A stretch of DNA of 64,000 bases, from positions 32,001 through 96,000 of the forward strand of contig CAXXUA010000004.1 in NCBI GenBank assembly GCA_963663765.2, written 5' to 3'. Both the position numbers and the translations under genes were made by a program. Below are positions 29,020 through 40,200 of this stretch, one piece after another. The notes under the pieces are model-generated. The model had not been told where the DNA came from. It saw nothing but the letters and a program-made list of their open reading frames with translations, and searched no databases. Origin of the DNA: Candidatus Poribacteria bacterium (GTDB lineage: Bacteria > Poribacteria > WGA-4E > WGA-3G). Within the stretch, counting starts at the first letter, position 1, and every line of letters starts with the position of its first letter.

Positions 29020-30091
29020 GGTAGGTGTGCTTTGTAAGCGCGCTCTTGGGATTTGATGTGCCAGCGCGCTTACAATGCACGCCTGCGGTTGGGGGTCAGG
29101 TGGGTGGCGCGCCTACAAAGCACGGCTGCAGTTGGGTGGCAGTTGGGGGGCGCGCGGACAAAGCACGCCTGCAGTTGGGGGTAGTTGGCAGGCTCGCTTA
29201 CAAAGCACGCCTGCAGTTAGGGGCAGTTGGGGGGCGCGCTTACAAAGCACGCCTGCAGTTAGGGGGCAGTTGGGGGGCGCGCTTACAAAGCACGGCTGCG
29301 GTTGGGGGGCAGATGGGAGGCGCCGCTTACAAAGCACGCCTGCGGTTGGGGGGCAGTTGGCAGGCGCGCTTACAAAGCACGCCTGCGGTTGGGGGGCAGG
29401 TGGGTGGCGCGCCTACAAAGCACGCCTGCAGTTGGGGGGCGCGCGGACAAAGCACGCCTGCAGTTGGGGGGAGTTGGCAGGCGCGCTTACAAAGCACGCC
29501 TGCAGTTAGGGGGCAGTTGGGGGGCGCGCTTACAAAGCACGCCTGCGGTTGGGGGGCAGATGTGAGGCGCGCTTACAAAGCACGCCTGCGGTTGGGGGGC
29601 AGTTGGCAGGCGCACTTACAAAGCACGCCTGCAGTTGGGGGTAGTTGGCAGGCTCGCTTACAAAGCACGCCTGCAGTTAGGGGCAGTTGGGGGGCGCGCT
29701 TACAAAGCACGCCTGCAGTTAGGGGGCAGTTGGGGGGCGCGCTTACAAAGCACGGCTGCGGTTGGGGGGCAGATGGGAGGCGCCGCTTACAAAGCACGCC
29801 TGCGGTTGGGGGGCAGTTGGCAGGCGCGCTTACAAAGCACGCCTGCAGTTGGGGGCAGTTGGCAGGCGCGCTTACAAAGCACGCCTGCAGTTAGGGGGCA
29901 GTTGGGGGGCGCGCTTACAAAGCACGCCTGCAGTTGGGGGGAGTTGGGGGGCGCGCGGACAAAGCACGCCTGCAGTTGGGGGGAGTTGGGGGGCGCGCGG
30001 ACAAAGCACGCCTGCAGTTGGGGGGCAGATGGGAGGCGCGCTTACAAAGCACGCCTGCAGTTGGGGGAGTTGGGGGGCGCGCTTACAAAGC
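29020..30091 (+). repeat. G-rich tandem array of ~25 REP-derived units (~42-44 bp) preceded by one inverted REP
   Basis: Core GCGCGCTTACAAAGCACGCCTGC(A/G)GTT plus G-run linkers; inverted GTAGGTGTGCTTTGTAAGCGCGC at 29020; 460-bp higher-order duplication; followed by the right end of the CAGGACTTACGCA MITE (ends 30163). Confidence 0.92.
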
Positions 30092-30253
30092 GGTAAATCA
30101 AGAAATCAACGGTATGAATGCCATTTAGGCATTCCCCGCCTACCGTTGGGTGCGCAAGTCCTGATATAACAAAACATAAGCAAACAACAAGAACAGTATG
30201 CAAAACCAAATATTGCGAAGAAATTGCAATGTTTTTGCAACAAATAACTGGAA

Positions 30254-33200
30254 ATGAGGGTTACATATTTTATGCAGAAATTATGCTTTTTCTTACTTCT
30301 TTTGATGAGTCTTTCTTTTTTTCATGTGAACTTAATCACACATGCCTATGAACAGAAAGATAGATCAGAAGAATACTATTCACAACCTCAAAACCCATTA
30401 CATACACCATTCACGCCACGTGAGCTTATAGTCCGAATATCTCCTAATTCGACAATTGAACAACTTCGCGATTTTAGTCATAAATTCGGTGCTGAATCTG
30501 TTACATCAATCTTTTCCGTGAAAACTCCTGGAGGAAAAGATCTTGAGCTGCAACGTATCTTTCGGATCCAATTACCTAAAGGCACATCGTTAGAACGGTT
30601 ACTTGAGATATATGCAAAAAACAGTATGATTGAAGATGTTGAGATGAATAGGCTTAATCGTTTCTGTGCTGAGATAACACCGAGTGACCCACGATTTGAT
30701 GAACAGTGGAATTTACCAGCAATGAACATTCAAAAGGCATGGATCATTGAGCAAGGGAAATCCTCTGTTACAATAGCTGTTGTTGATAGCGGTATCATGA
30801 GCAACCATCCTGATTTGCAGAATAAAATTTGGCGTAATCCGGGTGAAATTGCAAATAACGGGATAGATGACGATACAAACGGTTATGTTGACGATGTCAT
30901 TGGTTGGGATTTTAGTGATGCACCAACTTTGCAAGGACTTGGTGATTGGAAAACACGAGATAATAGTCCTGATGACGAATCTGGACACGGAACCCAAGTG
31001 TCTGGGATTATCGCTGCTGAATCAAATAACAGTATAGGAATTGCGGGTATTGCTTGGGGATGTCGTATAATGCCGTTAAGAGCCGGATTTCGACTTGCTG
31101 GTGGCGGTTCATTCTTACAAAACGATGATATCGCTGCTGCAATAGTTTATGCTGCAGATAACGGTGCGGACATCATCAATCTTAGTCTTGGTGATACAGT
31201 GAATGCGTTTGTGATACAAGATGCTGTAGAATATGCTTATAGTCGTGGTTGTGTATTGGTTGCTGCAGCAGGAAATTCCTCAGAGTCAGGATCATATTAT
31301 CCCGCAGCACTTGAAAATGTCTTATCTGTTGCCAGTATTGATAATGACGGTCAATTGTCGGGTTCAAACTTCGGTGCATCCATTGCTATTGCTGCACCGG
31401 GTGAAGATATATTGACAACTGAACTTTTTATTCACAATTCTGCAGAGAGCGAACACTATGCATACAAATCCGGCACATCAATGGCAGCAGCACACATATC
31501 AGGAGTTGCTGCACTATTGGTCTCTGCGAATCCATCGTGTAGCAACTCACAAGTCTATCAGTGGATGACTGACACCGCACGGCAAACGACTGTGACCAAT
31601 CTTGTAGGCGCAGGGATTGTAGATGCTTATGCTGCTTTGGCTGCTCAGAGTAGTCTAATAGCAAATATCTATGTACAACATACTCCTGAAAATAAAGTAT
31701 CTGAGGTAAACACTCGCCTTTATATAAATGGTAGTGCAGGAGGTGCAGGATTTATGCAGTTCTGGCTTGAATACGGAATCTCTGAAACACCGGATCTCTG
31801 GTTTCCTATTGGTGTTCCACAGACAGAACCGAAGTACAACTCGCTTCTATACGAATGGAATACATCTGAATTAGACGAGGGGATTTATACGTTGCGACTG
31901 AGTGTTAGGGATGAAAATGAAAACACAATTAGGAAAAAGACTGTGGTGGAAATTCGTCATTCTCTTCCTCACATATCTAATCATGAAGCATCTATATGGC
32001 TTTCTCAAGACAAGTATGTATCAAATATTATATGGAAATCGGATGTATTCACAATTGGATCCTTAGAGATTTTTTCCGGTGAGGATAGTCCACAACAAAA
32101 TCTAAATACTTCTCCCTTAAGAGTAACGCATTCAGATTCAGTCAATAGACAACATATCTTCTATTTGTCTGATTTAGGTTTACCATCTGGAGAATATATA
32201 TATCGCATAAAGGCACAGAATAGAGCACGGCTTACGCGGATTGATGATAACGATGGAAACTTATATACAATTGCATTGCGAAATGAACAGATCTCACATT
32301 TACACATGCAAGTTGAAAACTCAGCACAACTTGGATTGCATGCAATCGTTGCACCTACCGATATAAATTTGAATGGAAAAGTTGAACTGATAGGCGTTGA
32401 AACAGGAACTAATACTGCCCATATTTTTGAGGCGGACAATAGCGATGGTCTTGTTAAGGTGTCTACTGTTGGTGAATCGGTGTCTCGTCTTTGGAGTATT
32501 GGGGACACAGATGGTGATGGACTGATAGAAATCTTATGCAATCGTGGTAATATCACATTCTTGCTTGAACAACCCTCAGCTGGACAATTGCCTTCAGACA
32601 TCATTTGGGAGATGCAGGGTATTTGGGGTGGAACAATCACTGACTTGGATCAAGACGGGAAACCTGAGATTCTATCACGACATGATGCAACTAATTCCAT
32701 CATGGTATACGAAGCAGACGGAAATAACAACCATAGAGAAATTGTCTCACTTGAAAATCCCACATCTGGAAAGAATGGACTTGAATCAAGGTTTGCAATT
32801 GGAGACTTTGATGCGGATGGCAAGATGGAGTTCCTTGCTGGCGACAGTGATGGAGAAGTATTCATATACGAAAATGTAGGAGATGACACATACCAAAATA
32901 CTTGGAATGAAACATTACAAGATGGTACACCACACCTTTTTGCAGCTGGAGATATGAATGGTGATGGACGTCCAGAATTTGCAATAGGGTCGAAAGTTTG
33001 GACAGCAGAATTAGACTTGCCTCGACAACATTGGCTCATTACAATCTATACATCAACAGGAAACGATTCATATCGTGCAGTCTGGCATCAACGAATTCGT
33101 GAACTACATGATGGTGATAGTGGTATGACCATAGCAGATGCAAACAGTGATGGAAAAAATGAACTCTGTATCGTTGTACCTCCAAATGCATATCTTGTGC

Positions 33201-34237
33201 AATACGATGGTGTTGATTACCATCCTATTTGGCACCATACAGCGACAAGTACATTTAACCCAATTGTGACTGATTTTGATAAAGACGGTAAAAATGAATT
33301 CCTATTTAATAATTGGAATGTATTCAGCAGTTTCATTAACCCATACACAAACGCAATTGCTGCAGATATACTTCCACCATGGGGCATTTCAGCGAAACCG
33401 ATTAGCGAGACATCAGTGTCGCTACAATGGCAAGCAACAAAGGATGTTGTTGCATTTACAATCCATCGTGGAGAAAGTAAGGCATCATTGAAACCTATAC
33501 ATGAAGGAATTACAGTAACACATTTTACGGATGAAGGACTTACGAAAGGAAAAACCTATTGGTATGCCATTTCGTCTAAAGGTCTTGATGGCAAAATGTC
33601 CGATCTATCATCACTCGTATCAGTGAAACCCACTTCTCTACCGCAGTTACTGTCGGCAGTCCATTCACATCCTAAGCAGATACTGATTACCTTTGACAAA
33701 CAGATGGATATATCGGCAACGAATCCTGCACGCTATATGCTGCACAGACAAAAAACGGATGCAGAATCAAACGGTACAGACACCAACACAAAAGAGCACT
33801 ATGTACCACAGTCTGCTATCTTTGATAGGTCAAGCAAAAGGGTCATACTAACGTTTACCAATGACGTTCTTGATTCCAACGATCAATATCAGATTGAGAC
33901 ATTCCAACTTTCTGATATATCTGGTGCTGAGATAACTAAGGAAGGAAGCAGGATAGCAGTTGAATTCACTTCTCAGTCTCACAAGGATATGATTGTCTAT
34001 CCAAATCCAGCACGAGGCAATAAAATCACATTTGATAGGTTACCTGCAGGAAGCAAAATAGCGATCTATGATGTAAGCGGAAATCAGATCACTTCCCTTG
34101 CTACTTTAGAAGAGGACGCAACAGGAGAGAAGTGTCAACAAATCTGGTCATTAAATGGTATCAGTAGCGGCGTCTATATCTATGTGATTGAATCTGTTAC
34201 GGGTAGACAGATTGGAAAAGTGTCTGTGATTCGGTAG
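30254..34237 (+). CDS. S8 (subtilisin-like) serine peptidase with FG-GAP repeats, FN3 and T9SS-A/FlgD-like C-terminal domain
   Basis: IAVVDSG, GHGTQVSG, AAGN, SGTSMAA catalytic motifs; DxDxDG repeats; VYPNP...IYDVSG...SGVYIY C-terminus. Confidence 0.9.
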   Translation: MRVTYFMQKLCFFLLLLMSLSFFHVNLITHAYEQKDRSEEYYSQPQNPLHTPFTPRELIVRISPNSTIEQLRDFSHKFGAESVTSIFSVKTPGGKDLELQRIFRIQLPKGTSLERLLEIYAKNSMIEDVEMNRLNRFCAEITPSDPRFDEQWNLPAMNIQKAWIIEQGKSSVTIAVVDSGIMSNHPDLQNKIWRNPGEIANNGIDDDTNGYVDDVIGWDFSDAPTLQGLGDWKTRDNSPDDESGHGTQVSGIIAAESNNSIGIAGIAWGCRIMPLRAGFRLAGGGSFLQNDDIAAAIVYAADNGADIINLSLGDTVNAFVIQDAVEYAYSRGCVLVAAAGNSSESGSYYPAALENVLSVASIDNDGQLSGSNFGASIAIAAPGEDILTTELFIHNSAESEHYAYKSGTSMAAAHISGVAALLVSANPSCSNSQVYQWMTDTARQTTVTNLVGAGIVDAYAALAAQSSLIANIYVQHTPENKVSEVNTRLYINGSAGGAGFMQFWLEYGISETPDLWFPIGVPQTEPKYNSLLYEWNTSELDEGIYTLRLSVRDENENTIRKKTVVEIRHSLPHISNHEASIWLSQDKYVSNIIWKSDVFTIGSLEIFSGEDSPQQNLNTSPLRVTHSDSVNRQHIFYLSDLGLPSGEYIYRIKAQNRARLTRIDDNDGNLYTIALRNEQISHLHMQVENSAQLGLHAIVAPTDINLNGKVELIGVETGTNTAHIFEADNSDGLVKVSTVGESVSRLWSIGDTDGDGLIEILCNRGNITFLLEQPSAGQLPSDIIWEMQGIWGGTITDLDQDGKPEILSRHDATNSIMVYEADGNNNHREIVSLENPTSGKNGLESRFAIGDFDADGKMEFLAGDSDGEVFIYENVGDDTYQNTWNETLQDGTPHLFAAGDMNGDGRPEFAIGSKVWTAELDLPRQHWLITIYTSTGNDSYRAVWHQRIRELHDGDSGMTIADANSDGKNELCIVVPPNAYLVQYDGVDYHPIWHHTATSTFNPIVTDFDKDGKNEFLFNNWNVFSSFINPYTNAIAADILPPWGISAKPISETSVSLQWQATKDVVAFTIHRGESKASLKPIHEGITVTHFTDEGLTKGKTYWYAISSKGLDGKMSDLSSLVSVKPTSLPQLLSAVHSHPKQILITFDKQMDISATNPARYMLHRQKTDAESNGTDTNTKEHYVPQSAIFDRSSKRVILTFTNDVLDSNDQYQIETFQLSDISGAEITKEGSRIAVEFTSQSHKDMIVYPNPARGNKITFDRLPAGSKIAIYDVSGNQITSLATLEEDATGEKCQQIWSLNGISSGVYIYVIESVTGRQIGKVSVIR

Positions 34238-34283
34238 AAATTGCTATTTCTCACACATGATAGTGAATTGGAAAAGAACGTTA

Positions 34284-37200
34284 CTACTGATCATCACTGA
34301 CATCAATATATTGTAAATCATCAAAAGGTTTTCCATTTTCATCTGTAAATCGCATATAGAAACCCCATGTCAATTGCTCGTTACAGACCTTAATGAGAAT
34401 GGTGTTTTTTCCTGCTTTTAATGTGACTGGAACAATATCTTTGTCAACAACAACCCATCGACCAGTTTCGAAAGTATAGACCTGTTCTCCGTTTAACCAC
34501 ACTTTCGCTTGGTCATCAGTGCCAATACGGAGTTGTACTTCGCGCTCAACAGGGGACGTTACGGTTGTCCATGCATAAGAAACACGCCAATCCTCATTTC
34601 TACCAAAATCGATGAGTCCATTAAATGCGTCATCAGAGTGTTTTTGCCAACTGACCTTTCCATCAATGCCAACGTATTCTGCAGATCTGTCAATCTGTGT
34701 GATGTCTTCAGGAATGTAAGCTGTATCGTATCCGATACTTGCTGTGTTATCAAACGGACCGAGAACCAACCACTGTTCCTCATGGATGATACCTGTCTGT
34801 CGTATCTGTTCAATTGCTTTGTCATGCATGTCGTTCTTTTCGTAGTATTCAGCCCACCCTAAATTGACATTAACATGGAATGTAGGTTCTGGTGGAGGGG
34901 GTGTGTTCAGCAAAGCATCAGCAGATTTATAATGCAGATCATCATAAGGTATACCATCTACATCGGTAATACGGAAGTAAAAATCATAATCAGAACTTCC
35001 ATTACATATCTTCACAAGGATAGTGTTTTCTCCCTGATTTAGTGTCGTGTTAATTGTGTAGCGGTCAATCCTTGCAGCACCGGTTCTATCATGGTTGAAC
35101 ACATATTCACCGTTTAACCATATTGCACCTTGGTCATCACTGTCAAATTTTATGACTATATCACGATCATCTGGAGAGACAACGACTGCCCAAACATAAG
35201 ATGAGCTCGATTCGGTGTCACCCGTAAAAACGTAATGACCATCTAATGAACGATATGTCGATTTTTTCCAACTAATTAATTCACCTTTACCATAGTATTG
35301 TGCAGATGGGTCAATTTGGGTGGTTTCCTCTTTAATATAAGCATTTTGCACACCATAAGCATCAGTATTATCAAAGGGACCGAGTGTTATCCAATTTGTT
35401 TCAGGAACAAGTCCAGCTTTCATAGTGTATTCTATTGCATTTGCTTTTTTGCCTTTGTTACTATAGTAATGTGCTATCTTTCGGTAGCCGTTTGCTCGAG
35501 AAGTTGAACTCTCATCAGTAAAAGTGTCTAACACCTCATCCAACATCTGCTCAAACCTTTTCTTATCATCAGCATACTTACTACTGTCAATTATTCTGTC
35601 CCATATCCGTTCATAGGAATACTCGTTTGAGACAATAGAAAATGCTAGTTTATAGTATTTTATAGCGTCATCATAGAGTTGGTTAGCAACGCAGGTTTCC
35701 GCGAGTACAGCAGGATAATAATAACTTGTTCCTGTAAAGGTCTGTACTGCTCGTTTTGCGAATGTGTGTGCAGTTTTTGGAAATAGACCTTTTTCCAACA
35801 ATTCTTCAGCAAAAGTGCGATAGTAATATTCGTAGTCTGAGTTGTAGACCTGTTTTTGACGAATTTTTAACCACTGTGTAAACGCTTGTTCAGCTTTTTC
35901 TGTATCACCCAATTCATTGTAAATATTACCTAACAGGTCGTGTAGGACAGCACTCTTGAGCATCTTCGGTTGTATCTCTTCAAGGATAGCAAGACGTTTT
36001 TCCTTATGCTGTTCGTCAGCGAAGATTCCAACTAATGCTGTTATCGCGGAGTCGTGTGAAGATTGAGAAAGTGGTGCATCTAATGCTTGCCGGTATACAG
36101 TTTCTGCATCTGACATCTGATCCATTTTCATGTAAGTTTTTGCTAATAGATCGTAGTTTTGATATGTCGTAGGTTCAAGTTCAATTGCCTTTTGATAAGC
36201 AGATATTGCCTTTGTCAATACATCACTATTTATGGTTTCAAAGATTGGACGTTCGTATGATTCAAGTTTTGCATCACCTATGAGTTTTCCATGGTTGTTG
36301 TTCGGTGTAGTATCAAGGATCTGTTCATCTTTTTCTACGTCAAATTTCCAGTATCCGACCAAACCGTCTTCATCACCGTTGAGTGGTGTATCCATGTCAA
36401 CACGGATTTGTTTCTGAGTACGAGCGATATTCCAGATGCGCACCTCATCAATCTGTCCGACAAAAGAACCATGTAATGGATGCTTGTTCTCATGGGTCCA
36501 ACCGATTCGCAGCGGGAGTGTGCTTTTATGGATACTTTTCTGTCCATTGTAATTATTATGACTCACTTCATTGCCGTTAATAAAAAGTTTGATGTAATTG
36601 TTTTTTGCATCAATGACTCCAGCAATATGTGTCCATGTATTTAGTTTTATAGTTCCTGCTGGGGCATAGATGGGTATATCATGTACGTCTTGAGGAGATG
36701 ATGCAAATTGAATTCCCCCATCATTTATTAGCTGCAGAACGTAACTTCGCAGCTTGAATCCTGGATCCCATTCATCACCTCTGAAAATAATAGGAATGTA
36801 ATTATTTGAAAATCCTGTTGGATTCATCCAAAGTGAGAGAGTTACCTGTTCCGTTAAACTGTCTAAAACTTCGCTATCGTGGATTTCGACAAAATCTCGA
36901 TTTCCACTGAGTGTTAGTGCAGTATCTTCAATAACTTTTACAGTTTTACGTTTCTCTGTAGGTAGTTTTTGATAGAGATCCCCGAGTTTCTTTTGCCATT
37001 GTGGATTGTATAGTTGAAGTTCACTTATTTTTTCATACTGTTCAACTGCTAATGCAGTCTGTTCCGTCGATTCGTAGGTCTCAGCAAGGGTTTGCCTTGT
37101 GTTAGCATCGTTAGGATTTCTTTTTATCTTCTCCAGATATTTTGGTATCCATTTTTCATAGAGTTTTGTGGTTTTCGCAAGTTCAGTCATTGCTGTTTTT

Positions 37201-40200
37201 GCTCTGGATCGTGTGCTGCTGTTTCTGGCACTGTTTGCGAGTTGTTGATATATATTGACAGCTTCTTCATGTTGTTCTGTTTCCTTATAACACTTTGCGA
37301 GTAATTCGCTCAATATATCCACAATTGAACTACTACTATAACTGCTGCTTTTGTCTATAGCATACTTGGCGTATTTAATTGCACTCTCAAACTGTTTATG
37401 TTCAAAACTTATAGATGCAAGAGAACCGAGAAACCACATATCATTAATTTTGTTGTTTTCAAAAACTTTTTCTGCTTCACGGAACATTTCTTGTGCTAAA
37501 CCCTGTTGTCCACTGTTTGTAAATGCGTTACCAGCAGCATAGAAATTAGTTATGTTCTCTGGTTGTAGTTTTATTAACTTTTGATACACCTCAGCAGCTG
37601 CTTTGTAATTCTGTCCGCCTAAATAGATTTCTGCAAGTAATTCAAGAAAATCCGTGTTTTCAGGTTCATCATTAAGTTTATTTTCATAGAGTATTCTCAA
37701 CTTGTCCAGTTTTCCAGCACTGTTGTATGAACTAACCAATTCTTCACGCGCTTGTTCTTCCTTACTCTTATATGTCATGGTCGCGTTACTTGAATTTGAA
37801 GATCGATATGGACTACCAGAAGCGATATTATTGTCAAAGATTTCAAATACAGAATCGGTATCATCAAGTTTGACGTATACATCAAGCAATTCAGATGTGA
37901 TTCTTTCTCGATCATAGCTGTCTGTTGTCAAATCAAGTGCTTTTTTAAAAGCATCAACCGACTTATGTAAATCACCCTTTTTTTCATAGATTTGTGCTTG
38001 TTCTCTCTGCATCACTGCAGTGATAGTTCCTTCGTCCTCTGCCTTTTGTAACATCTCTTCTAATTTTCCTTGATAACGATACAAATTGATCAAATTCGCT
38101 TCTGTGTTTTCTCTATCCCACTGTGATGTCGTGAATTGGATAGCTTTTTTATATGCGTTTTCAGCAGCTTCCATGTTATCTTTGCGAAGGTATAGGTCAG
38201 CCATGTTTAGATGAATTTGTCGATTTCCAGCAGCATATTCCAATGCTTTTTCATAGTTGGAAATAGCTTCATCAACCTTATCTTCATCAATATATAGTTT
38301 TGCAAGACGTACGTAATGTACACTGCTTTCCGGTTCTGATTGGATGTATTCTTGGCACAATTCATACGCCTCCTTTATTTTTCCTGCAGACACATGACTA
38401 TTAACAAGTCCGTCCTGAAATTTGGTATTTTCTGGGTCGGAGTCAAGCAGAGAAGTCCATGTATTTGAAGCCTTTTCGTGTAAATTCAGACGAGTGTAAA
38501 GCCTTGCGAGTTCAGAACGCGATTCAAAGTCTTCAGGAGTGGATTTTGCAATCCGTTCGTATATACTTATTGCTCTTGCTACCTGACCAAGTCCCACCAG
38601 TTCTGTTGCAATAGCACGTTGCATGTGGATACTCATCGTCTGCGTCTGTTCGACCATCTGTTTTCTTGATGAAAGATCACCACGTTTTTGTATTGTATCT
38701 ATGTACATTCTTTGAGCATTGTCACGATCCCACCAATCAGCTGACAAGTCATTGATAATTCCTGCCAAGATGGTCTCAGCATCATCCCACATTTGGTATT
38801 TCATATATGTTGAAGCCAATCTTCTTCTCTCATATATATCAGTGTTGTTATTTCTCATCAATTGGAAATTACCCATCTTACGAAATGCGGTTTGTGCTTT
38901 TTCCAATTCACCGTTCGCTGCATAAGCCTCCCCAAGTCTATTGTAACAACTAACGACAGACCATGAGTTTTCTTGTTTCAGTTTTCTGGCAGCAGCCTCA
39001 AGTATCTGTGTTTGGAGATCATGTCCATCACTTGCATTGGCAAGATTATATAACCATTGTGTATTAACTGATGAGTGGTGATTCTCAATCAGTTGATTGA
39101 CATGTATGCTTGCTCCATCAATATCCTCAGCCATCAGTTTCATTCTTGCTACAATGTAAAGGAGTGTAGCGTTTGACGGATCGTCGTTCAGTATTGTTTC
39201 GTATTCAGTGATTAATTGTTCTAATTCATCCTTCTTTTTGTATAGATTAGAAAGTCTTTGTATATATGTTACATTAATGTCCGATATATCGTTGTTTTCG
39301 ATCTTTTCACGCATGTATTGAATTGCTTTATCTGGACCGCTTGCTGTTTCATGGAATTCGGAGATCTTTATTTCAAAAGAACTCTGTGTCATTCCAGTTT
39401 TATCCTGTTCAAACATCTCTGTTAAATACTGAATAGCTTTTTCAGGTTCATCATTCTTAGCATATATAGTTGCCAATTCTTGATATTGGTAGTTACGATT
39501 CGGTTGAACTTCAAGTATCTTTTCAAATAGTTCAATAGACTCTTTTGTTCTTTTTTCTGCAAGGCATCGTCGTGCAACCGCAATGGTAAATTCATCTCCA
39601 TAATATCTACCAACAGGTTGAATAATCTCTTTTGTTAGAGCAATCAGTTCATCTAATTTGTCTGAATGTACAAAAGCATCTATTGCATTTTCATAGTTGT
39701 AACCGAGTATGGATGAATCGCTTTTGAGAAGTACTTTATAATGAGGAATTGCGTCTTTCGCTTTACCGCTTCGTTCAAGCATCTGGACATAACGGAGACG
39801 GATGTTAATTTCCTTCGGACGTAGATTGAGTACTGACTTAAATGCTTCAGAAGCTTTTTGTATCTTATTTGTTCCCTCATAAAACATTGCTAATTTGAGT
39901 TGTGCATTGAATGATGTTGGGTTATTCTGCGCATCTTCAATAATTTTAGTTTCCCTGTTCTTTCTTTCTTTTACAGTACCAACTAAACTATTCGCCTGTT
40001 GAAAACTCCATGTTGACATCATGCGTCCATATTGGTCGGGACTGTTCGCAAACCGTAGTGCGCGTTCCGCTAATATAGCAGCATCCTGTCCTCTGCCAAG
40101 GTCAGCCAGATGGTCTCCCAGGTCTAATAGAAAGTTCGGATTGCGTTGTGTCATTGCCAATGTCATTGCTTTCTTAGCAGTTGCAATTGCGAATTGTGTG

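Noticed and set aside
29020-30091. CRISPR array interpretation of the tandem repeats
   Set aside because: Linkers are short, recurring G-rich variants rather than unique spacers; the core is a REP also found in dispersed MITEs; no cas genes are in the window.
29025-30351. ORFs in several frames across the repeat array
   Set aside because: Open frames arise from the GC-rich repeat; composition is unlike real genes here and there is no RBS.
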